From contig SCUS01000054.1 in NCBI GenBank assembly GCA_004297725.1, positions 7,731 through 71,730 of the forward strand: DNA of 64,000 nt. The letters are read 5' to 3'. The notes under the pieces are model-generated. The model made no database searches. It saw only the letters and a program-made list of their open reading frames with translations, and was not told the origin of the DNA. A program made the position numbers and the translations under genes. The stretch comes from Myxococcaceae bacterium. GTDB taxonomy: Bacteria; Myxococcota_A; Polyangia; Polyangiales; Ga0077539. Shown one piece after another: positions 57,228 through 64,000 of the stretch (position 1 is the first letter of the stretch; each line of letters starts with the position of its first letter).

Positions 57228-59186
57228 TCACTCGAAGGGGTTGGGCGGGACCGCTCCGCTGGAAGGCGTCGCGGGCCTCGCTGCGGGAGCAGGCGTGGGC
57301 GCAGGCCGGACCGCAGGCGGCGGCGCTGCCGGAGCGGTGACCGCGGGCGTCGGACGCGCCGCAGGAGCGGGACGCACGACGGGTCGCTGGACGGGTCGCT
57401 GGACGGGGCGGCCGACGGGCCTCGGGCGAGCGACGGGCGCTTCGTCGGGGGCAATCGCCGCAGGGGCAGGGGCAGGCGCAGGAGCAGGCGCAGGAGCGGG
57501 CACCGGCACCACCGCGGGGACCGGCGCGGGCTCGGGCGTCGGGGCGGGCGTCGGGGCGGGTGCGGGCTCCTCCGTGGTCTGCGGCTGCGGCTGCGCCGTA
57601 GGAACCGGCGGCGCCGTGGGGGGCTGCTCCATCACCGGCGGGGTGCTGGGCTCACGCGGAGGAATCGGCGGCGTCGGGGCGGCGGGCTCCGGCGCGGGCT
57701 CCGTGACGGGCGCGGGCGTCGGCTCGGCCGGCGTGTCGTTGCTGCCCTGCATCAGCACCGCGACGACGCCGACGACCAGCGCCAGTCCGATGGCGGCGTA
57801 GAGCACCACCGGGCTGCGCTTCTTCGGCGCCGCGTCGACCTTGGAGGCGACGTCGGTCACCACGGCGGAACGCGCAGCCGCAGGCGAGGGCGCAGGCGCA
57901 GGTCGGACCGAGGGAGGCGCCTCCTTCACCGACTCGTCGATCAGCTCCTCGAGGGAGACCCCCGCGGGCTTCTTCTCGGCGACCGCGACCACGGGGGCCT
58001 CGTCGACGACGGGCGCAGCTTCGGCCGCGGGAGCAGTCTCGACGGCGGGAGCAGCTTCGGCCGCGGGAGCAGTCTCGACGGCGGGAGCAGTCTCGACAGC
58101 GGGAGCAGCCTCGACAGCGGGCGTCGTGGCGGCTTCGGTCTCCGTGGCGGCGGCGGTCTCCTCGCTCGCTGCCGCGGCCTCGGGCGCTGCGGGAGCGGGC
58201 TCCGGCGTCGCGGCGGCCGTCGGCTCATCGGGGATCTCGCGCATCGCCTTCAGGGCCGCGTCGAGCTCCACCCTGGAGGCGCGCTGGGTGCTGTCGTCCG
58301 AGAAGGCCGCGACGTCGGCGGCCTTCATGGGGATGGTGCCGGGCGGCTCGCTGGGGACCTTCACCACGTCGCGCTCGCCGCTGGTGAACTCCAGCGTCGC
58401 GCGGACGTCGCTCGCGGCCGGCCGGGCGACCGGCGAGCCCACCACCAGCTGCGCCGCCGCCTTCGGTGGCGTCGGCTCGACCGTCGGCGTCGCCGCGACA
58501 ACCGGCGAAGCCTTCGAGGCCTCGGCCTGGGCGAGCGCCGAGCGCGCGGCCTTCACGGCCTCCGCGGCCTCGGCCAGGCCCATGCCCACCATCGTCGACT
58601 TCATCGACCCGACGGCCTTCGCGCTCTCCGCCGACTCCGGGCCAGGCTGCGACGGGGCCTTGGCGATGCGCAGCGCCTCGCCCAGCAGGGCGTTCATCTG
58701 GCGCATCACGGTCTGGTCCTGCTCGGCGGGGAGGGGGGCCGGCGGACCGTTGCCGAAGAAGTCTCCCGCGCGGGAGTCGATGCTCGTCGGCGGAGGCACG
58801 CTGGGCGCCGAAGGGCGCAGGCTCTCGAAGTGCGGCCCGGCCCCTTCGCCCTTGCGCGCCATGATGCGCTCCAGCACCTCGTACCCTTCGTCCACCTTCA
58901 GGAACTTCACCCCCATCCCGGGCGGCGAGTCGGGCCTCGCCTCGTGCTCCTCGCGGCGCTGCACCACGCGCCCCGCGGCCTTCAGCACCGGCGTCTCGTC
59001 CTTGAGCTGGATCTCGATCTTCAGAAGCTCGCCCAGCGCGGGCGGCTTCGGCGTCTTGATCCACATCCCGGTGCGGGAGATGTCCTTGGCGTACTGCTCG
59101 ATGAAATCCTCGAGCGTCGCGCTCTTGTATTTCACCTTGAGGGCCTTCGCCTTGACCTTCTGTTCCTTGCGGGGTTCGTCGGACAT
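57228..59186 (-). CDS. TIGR02266/PilZ-like domain protein with TM and Pro-rich regions
   Basis: FIEQYAKDISRTGMWIKT..P...GRVV...PGMGVKF; A/E/P-rich repeats, one TM and a Pro-rich C-terminus. Confidence 0.85.
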   Translation of the reverse strand: MSDEPRKEQKVKAKALKVKYKSATLEDFIEQYAKDISRTGMWIKTPKPPALGELLKIEIQLKDETPVLKAAGRVVQRREEHEARPDSPPGMGVKFLKVDEGYEVLERIMARKGEGAGPHFESLRPSAPSVPPPTSIDSRAGDFFGNGPPAPLPAEQDQTVMRQMNALLGEALRIAKAPSQPGPESAESAKAVGSMKSTMVGMGLAEAAEAVKAARSALAQAEASKASPVVAATPTVEPTPPKAAAQLVVGSPVARPAASDVRATLEFTSGERDVVKVPSEPPGTIPMKAADVAAFSDDSTQRASRVELDAALKAMREIPDEPTAAATPEPAPAAPEAAAASEETAAATETEAATTPAVEAAPAVETAPAVETAPAAEAAPAVETAPAAEAAPVVDEAPVVAVAEKKPAGVSLEELIDESVKEAPPSVRPAPAPSPAAARSAVVTDVASKVDAAPKKRSPVVLYAAIGLALVVGVVAVLMQGSNDTPAEPTPAPVTEPAPEPAAPTPPIPPREPSTPPVMEQPPTAPPVPTAQPQPQTTEEPAPAPTPAPTPEPAPVPAVVPVPAPAPAPAPAPAPAAIAPDEAPVARPRPVGRPVQRPVQRPVVRPAPAARPTPAVTAPAAPPPAVRPAPTPAPAARPATPSSGAVPPNPFE

Positions 59187-59338
59187 CGAGTGTGCGTCTC
59201 CAGGCCAGTCGTGGGCTCTCGGATGATCAGCGACCGTGAGAGAGCGCCCCAAAAAGCAGCGCCCGCTGGTCTCCGTCCCAATCTACCGTTGACCGCCCGC
59301 CTACGCGAAGCCTTGGAAGAAGTTCACTCCCACAATTC

Positions 59339-59938
59339 TCACACCGTGCGACGCCCCTCCATCGCCCGGCCGAGGGTGATCGGGTCGGTGAACTCCAGGT
59401 CTCCCCCGTGCGGAACGCCGCTGGCGATGCGCGTCACCGCCACGCCCGCGGCGTGGAAGCACTCGGCCAGGTAGAGCGCCGTCGCCTCTCCCTCGACCGT
59501 CGGCGGCGTCGCCAGGATCACCTCCCGCACGCCCTCCCTGGCCACGCGCTCGAGCAGCGGTTCGAGCGGAAACTCCGCGGGCCCTACGCCCCCCAGCGGG
59601 TCGAGCAGCGCGTGCAGGATGTGGTACCGGCCCTGGAACACCCTCGCCCGCTCCACGGCGTCGGCGTCCATGGGTCGGGCGACCACGCAGAGGAGCTCCG
59701 AGGTGCGCCGCGGATCGTCGCAGATGGCGCAGCGCACCCGGCTGGTGTAGGCGCCGCACGACGAGCACCGCCGCACCCGCTCGGTGAGCGTCGCGATGGT
59801 CTCGCCGAGGCAGTGGGAGTACTCGGGGTCGGCCCCGAGGATGTGGTACGCGATGCGCCGGGCGGACTTCTCGCCCACCCCCGGCAGCCGCGTGAGCAGC
59901 CGCACCAGCGAATGGATCGGGTCGCCCCCGTCGCTCAC
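59339..59938 (-). CDS. recR: Recombination mediator RecR
   Basis: LPGVGEKSARR HhH, C4 zinc finger and Toprim EVILAT..VEGEATA..RIASGVP motifs. Confidence 0.96.
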   Translation of the reverse strand: MSDGGDPIHSLVRLLTRLPGVGEKSARRIAYHILGADPEYSHCLGETIATLTERVRRCSSCGAYTSRVRCAICDDPRRTSELLCVVARPMDADAVERARVFQGRYHILHALLDPLGGVGPAEFPLEPLLERVAREGVREVILATPPTVEGEATALYLAECFHAAGVAVTRIASGVPHGGDLEFTDPITLGRAMEGRRTV

Positions 59939-60252
59939 GTGATGCCCGGAATCTTCGCGCCTCCGGTGACCTTGGCGATCTCCTTGTCCATCTCCTCGGA
60001 GGCCTGCTGGAGGGCCACGTTGGCCGCGGCCACCGCGGCGTCGAGGGCCAGCTCCCGGTCGCTGGCGTAGAGTTCGGGGTCGATGTCGAGGCGCACCAGC
60101 GTGCGCCCCAGGCTGGCGGTCGCCTTCACCTTGCCGTTGGCCCCGGTGGCCTCGACGGTGCGATCCTTGTTGGCCTCGCGGGTCTCCTCGACCCGGCGCT
60201 GCATCCGACTGGCCTGCTTCATGAGCTCACTGATGCCACCGCGAAACTGCAT
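59935..60252 (-). CDS. ybaB: YbaB/EbfC nucleoid-associated protein
   Basis: ELMKQASRMQ...IDP...AANVAL...VTGG.KIPG; overlaps the recR start. Confidence 0.9.
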   Translation of the reverse strand: MQFRGGISELMKQASRMQRRVEETREANKDRTVEATGANGKVKATASLGRTLVRLDIDPELYASDRELALDAAVAAANVALQQASEEMDKEIAKVTGGAKIPGIT

Positions 60253-60511
60253 GTCCTTCACCGTTCCTCCGGGCCTTGCGCCGGAGCGGAGGTCTTTACA
60301 CCACCGGCCCCTCTGCCGCACGGCCCTCGCGCTGGCCCTCGCGCTCTCCCCCGCCGCCTCCCTCGCGTGCCCGCAGTGCGCGTCGGGCCCGGCCGAGCGC
60401 GACGCCGCTCCGGCCGCGCTCGCCGCCCTCGCGCTCGCCCCCATCGTCGCCATGGCCGCGGGCGCCCTCTGGCTCGTCCGCAGCGCACACCGCCGCGCTG
60501 TTGTGGAGTAG
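60251..60511 (+). CDS. Small membrane protein with CxxC (start uncertain)
   Basis: Signal-like ALALALALSPAASLA followed by CPQC and one TM helix; stop lies 12 bp before the kinase gene. Confidence 0.45.
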   Translation: MSFTVPPGLAPERRSLHHRPLCRTALALALALSPAASLACPQCASGPAERDAAPAALAALALAPIVAMAAGALWLVRSAHRRAVVE

Positions 60512-60523
60512 CATCCGCGCCCT

Positions 60524-63205
60524 GTGAGCCCGTCGGACGACGTCGAGACCTCCGCCCCTCCCGCCCCGGCGCGCCGCGCTCCGGGCGCCGGAGCCGTGCT
60601 CTCCGAGCGCTACCGCCTCATGCAGCGCATCGCCACCGGAGGCTCGGCGGAGGTCTTCGAGGCCGAGCACACGGTGACGAAGCGCCGGGTGGCGGTGAAG
60701 GTGCTGCGCACCGACGTGCGGGGCGAGCTGGCGAGCGTAGAGCGCTTCTTCCGCGAGGCGAGCGCGTGCGCGGGCATCGACAGCGACCACATCGTCGCGG
60801 TGCTCGACTGCGATGTCGACAAGGCCACCGACGCGCCCTTCATCGTCATGGAACTCCTCCACGGAAAGGACCTCGCGCGCTTCGTCGCCGACACGCTCGC
60901 GCAGGGCACCCCCGTCCCGCCCTCCCTCGCGATGAACCTCCTCAAGCAGGTCGCCTCGGCGCTCGACAAGGTCCACGCGAGGGGCATCGTGCACCGCGAC
61001 CTCAAGCCCGCGAACCTCTTCCTCACCTTCCCCAGCGACGGCCCGGCGAGGGTGAAGGTGCTCGACTTCGGCATCGCCCGCATCGTCGCCGACGGCTCCG
61101 CCTCCGGCGGAGGGCGCATCGGCACGCCGCTCTACATGTCCGCCGAGCAGCTCTCCGGCCGCGCGGAGGTCACCCCCGCCGCGGACATCTGGTCCTTCTC
61201 GCTCATCGCCTACGAGCTCCTGGTGGGCCACCCCTACTGGGAGGGCAACACCGCCACGTCGCTCTTCGCGCGCATCCCCGACGCCACCGCCCGACCCCGC
61301 CCGACCGAGCTCGCCGCGCGCCACGGGGTGCACCTCCCCCGCGCCTTCGACCCCTGGCTCCTGCGCTGCATCGACCCCGATCCCGCTCGCCGCCCCAACA
61401 CCGTGGGCGAGGCCCTCGGCGACCTGCTCCGGCTCTATGACCCGAAGGCCACGCAGCCCCCGACGCGCGCCGCGGCGCCGCCCGCGCGCCTCGCCCCGCG
61501 CGCCTCGCCGCGACCCCCGCCGCCCTCGTCTCCCTCCCGACCGAGGGTCGAGCTCCCGATGCCCTCGTCCGCCCTGGCGCCTGCGCCCGCTCCGGTGTCT
61601 GCGCCCGTCGAAGACCCCACGCCCGTCGAGGCCGCCGCGCCCGCCGCCGCGCCTCGCAACCCCACCCTGGAGCTCGACGACGAGGAGATCGAGGACCTCA
61701 CCGAGACCTCCGACCTCCCCCGCGGCATCGAGGCTCCCCCGGTCGACCTGCTCGCCGACGCCCCGCCGGGGCCGACGCCCTCCGAGGCCCGCACCCGGCA
61801 GATGGCCCCGATCGCCCGCGACGACGACGAAGACCGTCGCCTCACCAGGCCGATGGCCCCCGTCGTGGCCGACCTCTTCGGCCCCGCCCTGCCCAGCGAG
61901 GCCCCGCCCGACGAGCGCGTGACCGCCGAGCTCCCGGCGGCGCACCGTCCGTCCTCCGCCACGCCCAGGGAGCGCTTCCTCTCGCCCGACCCCTCGCCGG
62001 AGAGCGAGGCCGCCGACGCCGTCGACACCCTCGGGGCCAACGTCGCCGCCGCGATGGAGTCGCCCGACGCCCCGCTGCCCGCGAGGCGCATCCCCCGCTC
62101 CGTCGAGCTCGCCTCCACGGCCCTGCTCCCGGTGCAGCCCCCCGTCGCCCCGGCCCAGGGCGTGAAGCCGACGATGCTGATCGCCGCCGCCGCGGTGACC
62201 GTCGGGCTCGCCGCCGCCGCGGGCTGGATCCTCTTCCGCGACCGACCGACGAGCTCGCACCATGGCCCCCGCGACGGCGTGTGGCGCAGCCCCAGCGCCT
62301 TCGAGAGCGCCTCCCTCGCGGCCACCACCTCCACATGGACGTCCGCCCTGCGCGCGCTCCACGCGGGCTCTGCACGGCTCTCCGGCGCCGACACCGCGCG
62401 CGTCCTGCACGCGCTCCTCGAGGCCCACCGGGCGGGCGTCGCGCTGCCCCCCGAGCGCCAGGTCGAGCTGCTCATCGCCCTCGACCGCCTCCGCACGCCG
62501 CGCGGCTGGGCCGCGGCCGACACCGCCGCCCCGGACGCCGAGTCCACCGCGTGGGCCGCGCTCGCCTACGCCTCGATGGCGGAGATCACCCAGGCCGACA
62601 CCGCGCGCGTCCGGGTGGAGGTCGCCCGCGACGCCCTGCTCGCGCTGCAGCAGCCCGACGGGTCCTTCGACGACGTCGGCGACCCGGTGGCCTCGCCGCT
62701 GCGATCGACCGCCCTCGCCGTCACCGCCCTCCTCGCCTCGGAGTCCGCGCAGCGCTCCGCCAGCCCGGAAGCCGTCACCGCCCGCCGCCGCGCGGTCCAC
62801 GTCCTGCGAGAGGCCCTCCAGCGCGCCGACCACCCGGTGTGGTCCGCGCCCCCTGCGCTCGACCTCGCGGTCGCCGCGCTCTGGTCCGCCCGCGCGCAGG
62901 CCCACGACGCCGACCCCTCCGACGCCACGATCGCAGGGCGCTACGTCGACCACCTGGGCGAGCGCTGCCCCGACCAGCGCTGCGTCGCGCTGCCCCCGAT
63001 CGCCGACGCCCCGTGGATCCCCGGCTCGCTGGTCACCGCCGCCCGTCTGCTGCGCGACCCCTCCTCGCTGCCGTCGTCCTCGCAGCGCTCGCTCTCGGCC
63101 TTCATGCGCGCGGGCATCGCGGCGCTCGACCGCGATCGGGCGCACGTCGGCGACCTCCGCTGGCAGGCCGCGTCGCTCGTCGCGGCGAGCGCCGTGCAGC
63201 GCTGA
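60524..63205 (+). CDS. Transmembrane Ser/Thr kinase with C-terminal alpha/alpha-barrel-like domain
   Basis: [15 protein letters not shown] and GTPLYMSAEQ; Pro-rich linker; TM; LQQPDGSF QW-like repeat. Confidence 0.9.
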   Translation: MSPSDDVETSAPPAPARRAPGAGAVLSERYRLMQRIATGGSAEVFEAEHTVTKRRVAVKVLRTDVRGELASVERFFREASACAGIDSDHIVAVLDCDVDKATDAPFIVMELLHGKDLARFVADTLAQGTPVPPSLAMNLLKQVASALDKVHARGIVHRDLKPANLFLTFPSDGPARVKVLDFGIARIVADGSASGGGRIGTPLYMSAEQLSGRAEVTPAADIWSFSLIAYELLVGHPYWEGNTATSLFARIPDATARPRPTELAARHGVHLPRAFDPWLLRCIDPDPARRPNTVGEALGDLLRLYDPKATQPPTRAAAPPARLAPRASPRPPPPSSPSRPRVELPMPSSALAPAPAPVSAPVEDPTPVEAAAPAAAPRNPTLELDDEEIEDLTETSDLPRGIEAPPVDLLADAPPGPTPSEARTRQMAPIARDDDEDRRLTRPMAPVVADLFGPALPSEAPPDERVTAELPAAHRPSSATPRERFLSPDPSPESEAADAVDTLGANVAAAMESPDAPLPARRIPRSVELASTALLPVQPPVAPAQGVKPTMLIAAAAVTVGLAAAAGWILFRDRPTSSHHGPRDGVWRSPSAFESASLAATTSTWTSALRALHAGSARLSGADTARVLHALLEAHRAGVALPPERQVELLIALDRLRTPRGWAAADTAAPDAESTAWAALAYASMAEITQADTARVRVEVARDALLALQQPDGSFDDVGDPVASPLRSTALAVTALLASESAQRSASPEAVTARRRAVHVLREALQRADHPVWSAPPALDLAVAALWSARAQAHDADPSDATIAGRYVDHLGERCPDQRCVALPPIADAPWIPGSLVTAARLLRDPSSLPSSSQRSLSAFMRAGIAALDRDRAHVGDLRWQAASLVAASAVQR

Positions 63206-63333
63206 TGGCGTAGGCCCTCGGCCGCTGGGGCGAACCCTGTCGGCCGAGCGATGGGAGAGGGAGTGAGGGGGAGGGAAGGAAGGGCCCCCCCGCGGCGCGC
63301 CTCAGACGAGGGCGCCGGCGGAGGGGGGAGCGA

Positions 63334-63999
63334 TCAGGGGCGGGTGACGTTGACCGAGTAGCTGCCCGACGCGGTGCCGGCCGTGCAGCCGTCGACGTAG
63401 AGCGTGTGCAGGCCGGCGCCCGCGGGGATGGTGGAGTTGATCGACGAGCGCAGGCCGCAGGCGAAGATGCCCGAGCCGCCGACGTCGTCGTTGCAGGTCG
63501 CGACCGCCGCGCGACCGGCGCTGCGCTGGTCGAGCTCGGTGTCCCAGCTCGCGCGGAAGCAGGTGCTCGCCGCGAAGGAGCCGCCCGCGAAGGCGCCGCA
63601 GGTGTACCAGTAGTAGGTGTTCTCCGGCCCGCCCGAGCAGCAGGTGCTGGTGATGCGACCGGTGCCCGAGGTGGAGCCCGCGAGCACCTGGCCGGAGCCC
63701 GCGTTGAGCGCGGTCAGCGCGCCGTTGCCCACCGGGAGGTGGTGGAAGCGGACGCTCGCCGCGCCGGAGGAGCAGCCCGAGAGCACCAGGTAGTAGGTGC
63801 CCGCGTCGAGGCGGACCATCACCTGCGACTGCAGCGTGGTGGAGCAGCCCGAGAGGCCGCCGTCGTCGTTGCACGCGAGGCCGTTGGTCAGGCCCGACGC
63901 GGTGATCGTGGTGCCGCCGCTGTTCTGGAAGAACAGGCTGGTGTCCCAGGCCGCGCCGATGGTGTCGGCGTAGACGACCTCAGGGGCGGTGAGCGTGAA
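63334..63999 (-). CDS. 3' part of a Cys-rich secreted protein with repeated PPC-like domains (truncated by the window edge)
   Basis: Two WDTxL...CNDD...CG/CS...S..G.Y/H.L.VDG/LSGC repeats; frame is open to the window end. Confidence 0.8.
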   Translation of the reverse strand, partial: FTLTAPEVVYADTIGAAWDTSLFFQNSGGTTITASGLTNGLACNDDGGLSGCSTTLQSQVMVRLDAGTYYLVLSGCSSGAASVRFHHLPVGNGALTALNAGSGQVLAGSTSGTGRITSTCCSGGPENTYYWYTCGAFAGGSFAASTCFRASWDTELDQRSAGRAAVATCNDDVGGSGIFACGLRSSINSTIPAGAGLHTLYVDGCTAGTASGSYSVNVTRP

Positions 64000-64000
64000 G

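Noticed and set aside
58010-58125. 18-bp repeats as a separate element
   Set aside because: They encode the (V/A)E(T/A)APA low-complexity linker of the TIGR02266-like protein.

Overview
Very GC-rich, gene-dense window that looks myxobacterial (inferred from several eukaryote-like Ser/Thr kinases, Cys-rich lipoproteins, a TIGR02266/PilZ-like protein and Uma2 endonucleases). Recognisable genes include recR-ybaB, msrA, feoA-feoB, an RlmI/K-like methyltransferase, a GT2 plus Wzx-like flippase pair, a P450, an EthA-like monooxygenase, a LysR/oxidoreductase pair and a RIO1-like kinase. The most interesting part is a visibly less GC-skewed accessory block at about 18.66-23.19 kb. It holds an RHH-GNAT toxin-antitoxin pair with its own promoter and operator. 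Downstream lie a ~120-nt multi-hairpin 5' leader that base-pairs over a ribosome-binding site and a translationally coupled two-gene operon: a small helical N-domain plus FGE/C-type-lectin-like protein, then an MBL/beta-CASP nuclease. I do not recognise this as a named system and propose it as a candidate RNA-regulated defence or conflict module. A 1504-aa Dna2-like Fe-S nuclease-helicase lies next to it. Other points: an unannotated 56-aa MGKGDRR basic protein (bTHX-like N-terminus), a P450 with a CYP152-type heme loop but an atypical I-helix, a C-terminally truncated FlhB/EscU homologue, and three REP/REPIN/MITE-like palindromic elements, two with internal tandem arrays. I found no rRNA, tRNA or CRISPR array. 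All family assignments come from motif recognition by eye; no database searches were run.
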